A DNA stretch of 64,000 nt. Origin: Gammaproteobacteria bacterium (GTDB lineage: Bacteria; Pseudomonadota; Gammaproteobacteria; Eutrophobiales; Eutrophobiaceae). Position numbers and translations under genes: made by a program. The notes beneath the pieces are model-generated. The model was not told where the DNA came from, made no database searches, and saw only the letters and a program-made list of their open reading frames with translations. How positions within the stretch are numbered: position 1 is the first letter of the stretch; each line of letters opens with the position of its first letter. Location of the stretch: positions 1,792,001-1,856,000 of the forward strand of contig OZ244905.1 of assembly GCA_965221695.1 (NCBI GenBank). The letters are read 5' to 3'. Shown piece by piece: positions 1 through 9,315 of this stretch.

Positions 1-272
1 ATCTTAATGCGATCATAGACCTCCAGCGCATCAACCCTATCCCAAACCCTGTTCACGATAGAGCGCTGCTGTGTCGCGCCGTAATTTTCCGTAGCATCAA
101 GCAGTATGGACAGGGTAACGGCAGTGTGTCCTTTTTCTGCCGGACAATAAGTATCATCATCAGTTCTTGGTGATTCAAAGATGAATAACGCACATATCGC
201 AGCTAAGGCAACTATGGACAGGATAATAAATAAGTTCCTGGCAACGGACGTTTTCTTCTTCCTCCGTCTCAT
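1..272 (-). CDS. Partial membrane-anchored protein, possibly vWA-like (runs off the window start)
   Basis: Manual translation from ATG at 272: MRRRKKKTSVARNLFIILSIVALAAICALFIFESPRTDDDTYCPAEKGHTAVTLSILLDATENY..., open to base 1. Basic N-terminus, one TM helix, then a beta-strand ending in DxT. Starts 8 bp after the upstream stop. Confidence 0.7.
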   Translation of the reverse strand, partial: MRRRKKKTSVARNLFIILSIVALAAICALFIFESPRTDDDTYCPAEKGHTAVTLSILLDATENYGATQQRSIVNRVWDRVDALEVYDRIK

Positions 273-280
273 AACAGTTC

Positions 281-1756
281 CTAAGATATCGTGATAGTAA
301 GTGGGTCAAGGAGAACGATTTCTTTAGACGACTTAATATTGTTTATCATATCTTTAAACTGCTGATTTAACTTGGTGGTGGTCTCGAGTAACTGTTTAAT
401 GAGAATCTCCTTGCGGTCTTCTATATTGTCTGATGGAAGCTCAAAAATTGCTATCGTTATTCGAGACAACTGTGGCTCGCGTTTGAAATAGGTCGGAGCC
501 GGTGTCTTCCTGTATTTCGTATTGGTCTGCCGATACTGGTATATCAGTTCCTGATAATCATCGTTAAGGGCATGGCAGGTGCGTTCACATTTTCCTTGGA
601 ACGCGTTGATACTGGCTATAAGTTCCTGCTCACGGGAAAAGCTGTCAACAAGTTTGCGTTTTTCACATTCTATGTCGTTTGTTCCCTTCTTGCGTAGTTC
701 TTGGTGTTTTTCTATTGCTTCAGACATTTCCGTATCGTATTTATTCCGCTGTTTATGATAGCGTCGGGCTTTTTCTCCATACTGAGGATAACGATCATCT
801 TTTGTCAGTCCTTCCCAATAGCCAAAGAGAAAAATGAAAAGTCCTGCGATAGCCAGTAGCACTGACCATACATCGTTAATTCCTAAAGGCGATGCCCAAA
901 AATCATGTAAGGCGGTGACGCCTATATTTGATATCTGATTATTCAACTCTGTCAGGATTGCGACACTATCCTGCTGAGAACTTACGGTCAACTTTAGCGC
1001 TGCGGAGCGATAATGGCCCATTAACAAATTCAGCCCAATCCCAAAGATTATTGTAAAACTTGTTACTATCAATCCAATGCTCTTTTTTTGAGGATGTCGC
1101 GCCCATGGATAGCTGCTCCAGCGTCCTCCAAATTCATTAGCGATCAAAAGTGGAAGCCAACAATTAAGAACGCAGTACATGATCGATAGAACAAGGACCA
1201 TAGGCAACCCTCCGCTCTCTCTTAAAAGGAATACGGTGATCACCACTTCTATAACAAACGCAAATAGCATCATTAGCCAGCAAGTCCATGGATCCTGATA
1301 TACCGGAGTTCTATCTAACAATTGATGCTCATGACGGAAGTGGCGTAATTCATCGGCAAGGGATCTCAGATTATCAGCGTTCTCAGCTAACGATGCCTGA
1401 ACTGCTTTTCCTTCAATGATAACCTGATCACCCAATGCCTGTAGTTTATCCTGGACTACATCAACGTTCCAGGATGCATGTATTTTTGAAAGCCTGGAAG
1501 TGTTCCTTTGTTGGCGATCTTCGTAGTTCTGCATATATTCGCGCATGCGTTCTTCACACTTTTTGCGAATTGTCTGTTCCGTAGAGGTTTCTTCGTCTGA
1601 CGCGGACGCAGGATGTTCGTTTGCTCCATCGATCTGCGCTTGCTCAATCAAGTGTGTTGACCTGTAGATTTCCTCTTTGTCGAGAGGCGGGAACGGGCTC
1701 AGGATATCTGCTTGGTCGGGTTCCGTATTGCCAAACAAGCGTCGGAACCATTTCAT
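281..1756 (-). CDS. Hypothetical multi-TM protein with N- and C-terminal coiled-coil regions
   Basis: 491-aa ORF with about 4 hydrophobic segments in the middle and charged helical ends; AT-rich region. Confidence 0.8.
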   Translation of the reverse strand: MKWFRRLFGNTEPDQADILSPFPPLDKEEIYRSTHLIEQAQIDGANEHPASASDEETSTEQTIRKKCEERMREYMQNYEDRQQRNTSRLSKIHASWNVDVVQDKLQALGDQVIIEGKAVQASLAENADNLRSLADELRHFRHEHQLLDRTPVYQDPWTCWLMMLFAFVIEVVITVFLLRESGGLPMVLVLSIMYCVLNCWLPLLIANEFGGRWSSYPWARHPQKKSIGLIVTSFTIIFGIGLNLLMGHYRSAALKLTVSSQQDSVAILTELNNQISNIGVTALHDFWASPLGINDVWSVLLAIAGLFIFLFGYWEGLTKDDRYPQYGEKARRYHKQRNKYDTEMSEAIEKHQELRKKGTNDIECEKRKLVDSFSREQELIASINAFQGKCERTCHALNDDYQELIYQYRQTNTKYRKTPAPTYFKREPQLSRITIAIFELPSDNIEDRKEILIKQLLETTTKLNQQFKDMINNIKSSKEIVLLDPLTITIS

Positions 1757-1924
1757 CGGATTTTCTCTGGGCTGGTGTGAATCACATATTGCTTCATGAC
1801 GACAGTGTCTTGATTATTATTTTGGGATGAGTATGCATACCCTGCCTTCCCCCTGACAGCCCTTGCGCAATTCAGTTAAATTGGTAATTGGACAAAAGGA
1901 TAATCTCTTGCCCCGAGTTATTCA

Positions 1925-1960
1925 ACTTCTAAAACCTCTTCTAAAACCACTTCTAAAACC
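1925..1960. repeat. 3 x 12-bp tandem repeat (A/T)CTTCTAAAACC
   Basis: acttctaaaacc tcttctaaaacc acttctaaaacc read directly. Confidence 0.85.
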
Positions 1961-2287
1961 ATCGCGACATAAACCTGGAGTAATGTTCCAGACATTTGTC
2001 ACTGTATCAGCGTATTTGCCCTCAACTATCCCATTAATGTCAGAAAATCAGTTTATGTCGTGACTGGATGTTGAAATGTTGCTCAATCCAATCCGTCCAT
2101 CAAAAATGTAAGATACGATATACAATCTTTGAGTTTTCTCATTATAACGGTGCGGATTCACCAACTGTAAACACACAATGGTTTTATTGAGTGTTACAGG
2201 AAAAATAAGGAAGTTCTAAAGATAAAGGGTTAGTATTTGATATGCCTTACCAGAGTTTCTCTCGGCGGGTAAGACAGGACTCATATA

Positions 2288-2656
2288 TCAATAGGATGCA
2301 AAGTCACAGCTCAGCTTGATGCCGGTAGCTTTGGCAACGGGCAAAATTGCTCGACTGCCGGGAACCTTTTGCAGGTCAACCAGGCCATATCGCTCAAATG
2401 TTTTTAACGTTCTACTCAGGTTGCTGCTCTTTCGTCCGCTTAATTTTTCCAGATCCTTGATGCTGGACGGTTTCTGTTCCGCAATCATTTTCAGTAAACG
2501 AACATTGTTATCACTCAACACCTCACTAAATGATTTCATCGAACTGAACCATATTTTCGGTTCTCCTCGACCTGGTTTAACACGACCACCAGCAATGTCC
2601 AATACCCGCTTCTCAAATCGTTCTCTTGGCATAATACCGACATGTAAATTAGCCAT
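2288..2656 (-). CDS. HTH antitoxin/regulator (HVO_A0114/COG4190-like)
   Basis: PKIWFSSMKSFSEVLSDNNVRLL...PSSIKDLEKLSGRKSSNLSRTLKTFERYGLVDL pattern; lies downstream of a DUF6516-like fragment. Confidence 0.8.
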   Translation of the reverse strand: MANLHVGIMPRERFEKRVLDIAGGRVKPGRGEPKIWFSSMKSFSEVLSDNNVRLLKMIAEQKPSSIKDLEKLSGRKSSNLSRTLKTFERYGLVDLQKVPGSRAILPVAKATGIKLSCDFASY

Positions 2657-2668
2657 GCTTTTTGCCTC

Positions 2669-2883
2669 TTAATCCAGGACAGCACTCTGTATTCTTTTTG
2701 TCACTTCATTAAAAAAATCTTCTAACAATTGTTCGGCACTCTCAAAACTGTAAGGAGTTCCTGGATCATCTTTGCGATAATGAGCGTGATCATATTCCAC
2801 AATACGGCCCTTATACTTCCTGCGCCCCTTTCCAGGCGGCGCATGGGCATTATCGAATGTAGACCGATATCCATGGTATCCAT
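2669..2883 (-). pseudogene. DUF6516/TumE-like toxin remnant, internally deleted and frameshifted
   Basis: C-terminal FDNAH...YDHAH...PYSFESAEQLLEDFFNEV is recognisable. The plausible start MDTMDIGL (ATG 2883/2874) is in another frame directly before FDNAH. Confidence 0.6.
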
Positions 2884-2891
2884 ATATTAAC

Positions 2892-2908
2892 TTATCAGCA
2901 GTTGATAA
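2892..2908. promoter_or_regulatory. Perfect inverted repeat TTATCA-N5-TGATAA, candidate TA autoregulatory operator
   Basis: ttatca gcagt tgataa immediately upstream of the ATG at 2883. Confidence 0.55.
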
Positions 2909-2989
2909 TAATATTATAGTCTGAAACCTGAAAAAGTAAAGTCCCCCTTCAGAAATAGGGATATTGTTTACGCTATAGTCCCCTTTCAA

Positions 2990-5056
2990 TTAAAATGGCT
3001 TCCTCACCGACACCCCGCCATACACGTTCAGGGTCGGCGCCGGCTCAAACACTCTGCCGCCGAAGCCATTCAGGCGCAGGTTGGACATGTATTTCGTGTC
3101 GAACAGGTTATTGATGCCGATGAACGGCGATAATTCAACTCCGCCGAGCTGAAAGGTGTGTCCGGCTCTCAGGTTTGATACTTCATAGGAATCGGAAATA
3201 ACGCTGTTGGTGTTATTCACTGCCAGGTCGTCCACTGCGAGGATATCCCAGCTAAGGTAGAACCCCGAATCATGGTTGTACGCCAGTTCCGCAAAAAACT
3301 GGTTTTCCGGTATGCCAGGCAGCATCTTGCCTTCCGCCGCCATGTTGGTGGGGAAACTGTCGAACTCGAAGTCGGAATAGGTGTACGACGCGGTCAACCG
3401 CAAGCCGTCCACGATGTCAACAACGATAGATGCTTCGATGCCATTGCGGTCGGTATCGGCATTTTCAAAAAATGAGCGATTGCCGATATTGGATACACTG
3501 ACCACCTCGTCTTCCACTTCCATTATGAATCCGGCGATATCGAAGTATACGCGCCCGCCGATGAGTCCTCTGGCGCCTATCTCGAAACTGTCGGCGTTCT
3601 GCGCGTCCACGGAAGCAAACCCACCCAGGTTCACATTGAGATTGCGCGCCGGGTTGGCCAGTTCGGTAAAGGTGGGCGTCTCGAAAGCGGTTGCGTAATT
3701 AAAATAGAGGCTCACCGCATCCGTTGCCGACCAGGTCAGACCGACGCTAGGACTGAATTCATCGAAATCCAGTTCGCCGGACTGGTCGGCGTTGGCCAGG
3801 AAGCGATCCTTGACGGACAGGTCCACCATGTCATAGCGGCCGCCCAAGGTAAGTTGCAGGTTATCGGCCAGGGCCAAGCTGTTGCGGATGTAAAACCCGT
3901 AAGCTTCCGCTTCTTCCAACTGGTCGAATGATAAAGCGCCTTTAATTCCAGCGTCATTAGAGTAGCGTTGCCGATCGTCTTCCTGGATGTCGATGTCGAA
4001 ACCAACACTAAACTGGTTGGGAAGGCCGAGTAATTCTCCCGTGTAGGTATATTGAGCGCCGCCACCGAAAAAGAATCGGTCGAATTCGACGACACCGTCA
4101 TCCGAGACGAAGCGGATATGGGACCCTATAGGCAGAAAAGTCTGGAAATCCCGCCACAGGTAGTAATTGCGCACCCTGATCTCATGGTCCTCGCCGAAAC
4201 TGTGGCGATAGATCCAACCGACCTTTTGCTGTTCCAGTTCCTCCCCGGAGTTGGAACTCAGGTTCCTGGGTTGGGCCTGGCGCCGGTCCGCTTCCACGTC
4301 AGCCGACCTGATACCGCCTGCATCGTCCGCCTGCGGGGAGTCCACCAGGTTGAAGATCACTGTCAGGTCGGAGTCATCATTGAATTCATAGCGGAACTTG
4401 CTGTTCACCAGTCCGTGCTCGACCCTGGAGTTGTCGCGATAGCCATCGTTCTCCATGTAAGAACCATTGACAAGGTAATTCAGTTTACCGGTCTGCCCGC
4501 CGAACTTGAGTTGATATTTTTGGTGGTCGTATTCCCCCACTGTCACCCTGGCTTCGGCAAACGGCGTCTCCGGACCATCCTCGGTATATAGACTCATTAC
4601 GCCGCCGGAGGCGCTGCCGTACAGTGAGGAAGAAGGCCCGCGGATGACTTCGATGCGGCCTACCGAACCAATATCAATGTCATCAACGCCGCTCTGGCCG
4701 TCGGCCAGGGTTGCCGGCAGATCATCGACGAATACCTTGATACCGCGAATACCGAAGTTTGCGCGTGCGCCGAAACCCCGGATCGCTACCCGCAGGTCCT
4801 GGGTAAAGTTATAACGGTTCTGGAAGAACACGCCGGGCACCCGGTTCAGTGATTCGTCCAGGCCCAACTGCTGTCGTCCGGCCTGGATGGTGTCCTGCTC
4901 CACCACGCTGACCGCGCTGGAGACATCAGCCAATGACTGGTCCAGGCGCGTTGCGGTAACGATTACTTCGTCAAGCTCAGTGACTGCGTAACCGGATGTA
5001 GAAAAGATCAGTATACCCGCGGCGACTGACCGTATGATAAAACGTTGATTTTCCAT
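2990..5056 (-). CDS. TonB-dependent receptor (YncD-like family)
   Basis: Signal peptide, TonB box (EVIVTA), ESLNRVPGVFFQNRYNFTQDLRVAIRGFGARANFGIRG plug, RIEVIRGPSSSLYG, C-terminal F. Confidence 0.9.
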   Translation of the reverse strand: MENQRFIIRSVAAGILIFSTSGYAVTELDEVIVTATRLDQSLADVSSAVSVVEQDTIQAGRQQLGLDESLNRVPGVFFQNRYNFTQDLRVAIRGFGARANFGIRGIKVFVDDLPATLADGQSGVDDIDIGSVGRIEVIRGPSSSLYGSASGGVMSLYTEDGPETPFAEARVTVGEYDHQKYQLKFGGQTGKLNYLVNGSYMENDGYRDNSRVEHGLVNSKFRYEFNDDSDLTVIFNLVDSPQADDAGGIRSADVEADRRQAQPRNLSSNSGEELEQQKVGWIYRHSFGEDHEIRVRNYYLWRDFQTFLPIGSHIRFVSDDGVVEFDRFFFGGGAQYTYTGELLGLPNQFSVGFDIDIQEDDRQRYSNDAGIKGALSFDQLEEAEAYGFYIRNSLALADNLQLTLGGRYDMVDLSVKDRFLANADQSGELDFDEFSPSVGLTWSATDAVSLYFNYATAFETPTFTELANPARNLNVNLGGFASVDAQNADSFEIGARGLIGGRVYFDIAGFIMEVEDEVVSVSNIGNRSFFENADTDRNGIEASIVVDIVDGLRLTASYTYSDFEFDSFPTNMAAEGKMLPGIPENQFFAELAYNHDSGFYLSWDILAVDDLAVNNTNSVISDSYEVSNLRAGHTFQLGGVELSPFIGINNLFDTKYMSNLRLNGFGGRVFEPAPTLNVYGGVSVRKPF

Positions 5057-5124
5057 CTTGGCTCCCCTGAGAAAAATGTAATATCCGGCAGAAAACGTGC
5101 CAATTCAGTGAGAGATATTATAAA

Positions 5125-5153
5125 GGAACCTCTGAGATTAAGTCAGAGCTTCC
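5125..5153. repeat. Family-A short palindromic element (29 bp)
   Basis: GGAACCTCTGA gattaag TCAGAGCTTCC. Confidence 0.85.
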
Positions 5154-5179
5154 TTTGGATGGTCACTCGTCAGAAAAAA

Positions 5180-5590
5180 CTACGACGGCATCATCTTCGG
5201 ATGAGATACCATCTCCACCTGTTCACGAGTCCATGGTTGAGCACTGTCGCAGTAGATTTCCATGACCGGCCTGACCCAGGATGCGTCGTCCAGGGTGCCC
5301 GCCTTGAGAACAGTGATGGTAGCTACTGCCGATGGTTCGCTGGTGATAACCGACGCGCAGCGCCCGCAGAAATTGCGGTCCAGGGTATTTCCGCTGTCTC
5401 CGGTATCCACATAGGTGGTCATTTCACCGTGGATATCCACGGATCCTCTCGGCATAACCAGGTTTAACGAATATGCCCCGCCACTTTGCTTCTGACAGTT
5501 GATGCAATGACAGATCACCGTCGCCAAGGGGTCTGCCGCGCTCGTGTAACGAATGTTGCCGCACAGGCAACCGCCTTCAATCTTTGCCAT
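5180..5590 (-). CDS. GFA/CENP-V family Zn-binding protein
   Basis: GGCLCG...CHCINCQK...FCGRCAS motifs. Confidence 0.92.
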   Translation of the reverse strand: MAKIEGGCLCGNIRYTSAADPLATVICHCINCQKQSGGAYSLNLVMPRGSVDIHGEMTTYVDTGDSGNTLDRNFCGRCASVITSEPSAVATITVLKAGTLDDASWVRPVMEIYCDSAQPWTREQVEMVSHPKMMPS

Positions 5591-5649
5591 GTTTTTCTCC
5601 TGATGGATATTAAAGTACGAGCCTCACCTGGTAAGTATAGGCGAATTAA

Positions 5650-5803
5650 GGAACCTCTGAGATTAAGTCTTAGAGGTTCCTACGATACAAGGATGTATCG
5701 TCAAAATCAATGACTTTAAGGCATTGATTTTGTGGGGAAAACAAAAATCGCATTTTTGTTTTCCGTACTCTGACAAGTCCAGGATGGACTTGTCAGAGTT
5801 TCC
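5650..5803. mobile_element. Family-A MITE-like element, 154 bp, five consecutive hairpins, TTAA on both sides
   Basis: TTAA|GGAACCTCTGA...TCAGAGTTTCC|TTAA; hairpins at 5650-5680, 5683-5700, 5702-5732, 5736-5764, 5767-5799. Confidence 0.8.
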
Positions 5804-5823
5804 TTAATATCTCAGTTCCGGAT

Positions 5824-5849
5824 AACTCTGAGACTTAATCAGAGTTTCC
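5824..5849. repeat. Family-A short palindromic element (left end eroded)
   Basis: AACTCTGA gacttaa TCAGAGTTTCC. Confidence 0.75.
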
Positions 5850-5896
5850 TTTAAGAGGTTATTGAGAATCTGAATATCTGCAAAGCTACCCGCTCT

Positions 5897-7021
5897 TCAT
5901 AATTCCTTGGCAGCTTGTTTGTGAACCTCCAGCAGCGCCGGGATGGTTTCCGGTGGGCGGCGGCCGAAACCGCATTCGGTACTGATACCGAAGTCTGTTT
6001 TGTACTGCTTTGCAACGTCGATACGCGTTGTTGTGCCTTCAACCCCGTCGGTGAGATGTACCAGGCCCAGGTATAGGTGTGTGGCGTCGCTGAGTTGTTG
6101 CAATGGCCGGTAGTAGGCATCATCTTTTCGGTCCCGCGGCGCCGGCATGTGCACCCAGTTGACCTTGCGCCCTGCATGCTTAACCGCTTCGTTGGCCAGG
6201 TGGACGCAGACCGACAGGTCGCGTGGCTCGAATATATGCTTGTGACCGATGTCGCCATAGCAAAAATGGATGCCGAACTCGACCTCGGGCGGGACATTGG
6301 CGGCAAAGGTTTTCAGGATTTGTCGAAAGCGTTTATCAGGGCTCCCCATCAGCAGCTTTGCCAGCAACGGTATTTTCATCGGTAGCTTGTGGCCGGTGAT
6401 TCGTGCCTCATGTTCCAGCACACTGCTTACGTTATCCCACTGTATGGCCAGGTCCTCGGGTGGTATTACCTCCAGCATGCGCCTGATATCCGCGGCCATT
6501 GCGTTTTCATAGGCGGGAATGAAATAGCGCATATCAGCAAAGCGATCCACAAACAAGCACATGCCGTCCACGACCGCCGGCAACGACACCTGGAACCTGA
6601 CTCCTGCGGGGATGATGCCCTGCTCGCGGACTGCGCAAAAAGTCTTGTAGGACTCGATAGCCGCTTCAGCGTACCCGAGTGTTTCAAAACGCAGAGTCTT
6701 GACTCCGTTGCGCAGACCGAATTTCCATAAATCCGACGCGTCGTTGGCCATCGGTATCCAGTCCTCACTGGGATTTCGCCATTCAAGCGGGTTGTCCGGG
6801 TCCACCGGCGGCGGGCGCAATAGGGTGACCACATCCGGATGCCTCGCATAAACAGTATGAGCAAGGTGGCTGATGTACTTGGAACGGTTACCCGTCTCAC
6901 CATCCGGGATTCTTGCGAGGAAGTTTCCGACGGCTGCGCAACACTTGTGAAATACCTCGCCGGCATTGTTACCGGCGATGCTGCCGACAAAATGTATCCT
7001 GTTTCTGTCAGCTATCTTCAT
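5897..7021 (-). CDS. UROD/MetE-like fold protein of unknown function (putative Zn ligands)
   Basis: IHFVGS, RIPDGETGNR, RFQVSLP, LAIQWD, HFCYGD, ECGFGR; start overlaps the upstream stop (ATGA). Confidence 0.75.
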   Translation of the reverse strand: MKIADRNRIHFVGSIAGNNAGEVFHKCCAAVGNFLARIPDGETGNRSKYISHLAHTVYARHPDVVTLLRPPPVDPDNPLEWRNPSEDWIPMANDASDLWKFGLRNGVKTLRFETLGYAEAAIESYKTFCAVREQGIIPAGVRFQVSLPAVVDGMCLFVDRFADMRYFIPAYENAMAADIRRMLEVIPPEDLAIQWDNVSSVLEHEARITGHKLPMKIPLLAKLLMGSPDKRFRQILKTFAANVPPEVEFGIHFCYGDIGHKHIFEPRDLSVCVHLANEAVKHAGRKVNWVHMPAPRDRKDDAYYRPLQQLSDATHLYLGLVHLTDGVEGTTTRIDVAKQYKTDFGISTECGFGRRPPETIPALLEVHKQAAKEL

Positions 7022-8217
7022 TTGTTGCGGGCAGACAGGTATTTCAGCGTCGGGAGCATGATGGCCCGAAGCGTGCGTTGCAGGGCTGACAATACCGGTC
7101 CCACTACTTTCGTGTTCTGTGCCGAGGTGAAATTCCCGATGCCGAGGCTGTCACGGAGTTCGCCACCCAGGACCTGCATCGGGGTGTCAAGCGGGATGCC
7201 GGTGGCGTCGGCGATGCGGTCCATCTTCTCGTAATGCGCGACCAGGGCGGCGGCATCCACGAGTTGTTCCGGTCCGAGCTTGTCAAGAATTTCCTCGCGT
7301 ATGCGTTCGAGTGCGGGTTCGTCTCCGGTAACCGCGGCGGTCGCAAAATCGGATAGCAGAGCGCCATGGGCTACCCCGCCGTCGGAACCGTTGGCCCCTT
7401 CGACGGCCAGGCGCAGATCGACCTCCTGCCCCGTAATCTCAGCGCTCGCACGGAGCGCCGCCGCATGTGCGCTGGTTCAGTAGAAGCACTCGTTCAGTGC
7501 TGACACCCGGGTTGCGATCAGCTCTGTCTGGCGGCGGTCCAGCGAGCGCTGCGCGGTGAAGTTCACCAGGTCGGCAAAAGTCAGGTATTCTGCTTGTGCC
7601 AGCTTCTGCAGGCCGCGCGCTTCGTCCGGTACAAGGCTCAGAGAACGTACGATATTCGGCGCGACGGGTAAGGGCACATCTGCGTAGAGATCTGCGTCCG
7701 GACCGCTCGGCTTGGCCAGCAGCGGCACAAAAGCGCCGTAAAAAAGCTTGCCGCTGGCTTTTCTGCGCGATGGATCACCCGCTTGTGGTTCAGGCAGCGA
7801 CCGCGGGGCGATCCCGAGACTGCGGCAAAACGCGTCAACACTAATCGTGAGTACAGTAATGCTGATGATCTCAACATATTGTTCGGGAGTAAGACCATCT
7901 CCAATGGCCTTGTCATAGAAGACACGCGACAGCCTCTGCGGGTCAGTGGTTACCCGATGAATCACCTCAACCGCTGCCGCCGGCAGGATGCCTTCGCTAT
8001 CATGCTCTCCCTCTACCGCGTAAGGGGACAGCGCTGACTTGCGCTCTGCGCAGAAGGCACAGTTCCGTGCCAGGCGTACTTCTGCGGCAATGGATACACG
8101 TTCGCGTCCGTCCCACCAGGCGCCCGGTTGTGCGAGCCGGCTCCATTCCTGCTGTTGGGCGTTGGCTAGATCGGCGCGCACGGGGACCGGCGTGTCGGGA
8201 TAAAATGCGTGTCTCAT
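7018..8217 (-). CDS. AhpD/carboxymuconolactone-decarboxylase-like selenoprotein, 399 aa, with Sec at TGA 7477-7479
   Basis: ORF 8217..7477 ends ATRVSALNECFY-TGA. The same frame continues without a stop (TSAHAAALRAS...) into ORF 7260..7018, giving NxCxYUxxxH, the AhpD CxxC-x3-H motif. SECIS-like hairpin follows. Confidence 0.85.
7440..7460 (-). promoter_or_regulatory. Candidate bacterial SECIS hairpin
   Basis: CGGCGCUC-CGUGC-GAGCGCUG: 8-bp stem with one G-U pair; the loop has GU at positions 2-3 and follows 24 nt after the UGA. Confidence 0.7.
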
Positions 8218-8319
8218 TATGGTCTCGCCTGTTTTGAATATTTTATCCCACTCGCCAGCTCACCTCACAATACTTGGAATACATTATGATGGTTCAAGCG
8301 TACTGTTTTTTGCCAGCGC

Positions 8320-9288
8320 TCATGGCCTGTCGTTTCGCAGGTGGTTGGCCCGGTAGCGCGAAGGCGTTGTGCCCATACTGCGTCGGAAAGCTTTGCTGAA
8401 CGCGCCTTCTGATTCATAGCCGACCAGTTCTGCGATCTGAGACAAGGATAGCGCGCCGTTGCGGATTTCACAGGCCGCTCGATGCATGCGCGTTTTATAC
8501 AAGTAATTCACCGGCGTATCTCCAATTACTTCGCGAAAACGACTAGCAAATGCCGAACGGCTCAGCAATGCCTCATTGGCTAGACTGGCAACAGTCCATG
8601 GATGATCCAAGCGGGAATGGATCGCGTTGATCGCCCGTTTAATGCGCGAATCTATCAGGCGTGAATTCCAGTTAATATCTTCGCTGAGTAGAGAAAATTC
8701 CATAAATTCTATTGCGATGATTTCCGCAAGTCGCTTGACAATAGCCTCGCGTGCGTCTTTGGAAGCGGTGTATTCAAGCAGTACCAGGTTAATGATATGC
8801 TCAAGCCGCTGGTATATCCGGACATCGTCCGGCGTGACAAGTATCGCTGCTGGAATCACATTCGGCAATGGGTTGGATGAAACCGGGATAGACGCTCTTA
8901 TGATGACCGTCGCTGAAGTATTTAACGCGTTGACAAAATCGAAATCTTCCAGACTGATGAAAGGATCGGAAGCCCTCACATCGACTTTTGTACTGATGGT
9001 GTCCCGCAATGTGTGCCCCGCGCCGCTAGGCAACGTCATGATGCTGTTAGCGCCCACCTCGACTGGCCCGTCGCCATCCATTTCAAACACAGCTTTACCC
9101 TTTCGAAACGCGTACAACAAAGCGATATCTCCTTGAGGGACTGTCAACGACCAGGGTCGTGAAAAAGCGGCTATGCTTATCCACGCTTCAGGCACCCGGA
9201 TATCAAGCAAAGAGTTCATAAAATTCTCCGGACAATTCTCGAACAAGCTCACTCGGACGTCTAACACTTGCTTCAGAACGTCTCTCAA
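8320..9288 (-). CDS. AraC-family regulator with N-terminal cupin domain (RclR-like architecture)
   Basis: PWTVASLANEALLSRSAFASRF...IAELVGYESEGAFSKAFRRSMGTTPSRYR; start codon uncertain. Confidence 0.88.
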   Translation of the reverse strand: MRDVLKQVLDVRVSLFENCPENFMNSLLDIRVPEAWISIAAFSRPWSLTVPQGDIALLYAFRKGKAVFEMDGDGPVEVGANSIMTLPSGAGHTLRDTISTKVDVRASDPFISLEDFDFVNALNTSATVIIRASIPVSSNPLPNVIPAAILVTPDDVRIYQRLEHIINLVLLEYTASKDAREAIVKRLAEIIAIEFMEFSLLSEDINWNSRLIDSRIKRAINAIHSRLDHPWTVASLANEALLSRSAFASRFREVIGDTPVNYLYKTRMHRAACEIRNGALSLSQIAELVGYESEGAFSKAFRRSMGTTPSRYRANHLRNDRP

Positions 9289-9315
9289 GTAGAGAAATCC
9301 ATTGTTATTTTATGT

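Noticed and set aside
5125-5849. Clustered ~27-30-bp palindromes as a CRISPR array
   Set aside because: Spacing is irregular (tens of bp to many kb), orientations are mixed, whole genes lie between copies, and no cas genes are visible.
7018-7260. Separate 80-aa ORF from the track
   Set aside because: It is the in-frame C-terminal part of the UGA read-through protein.
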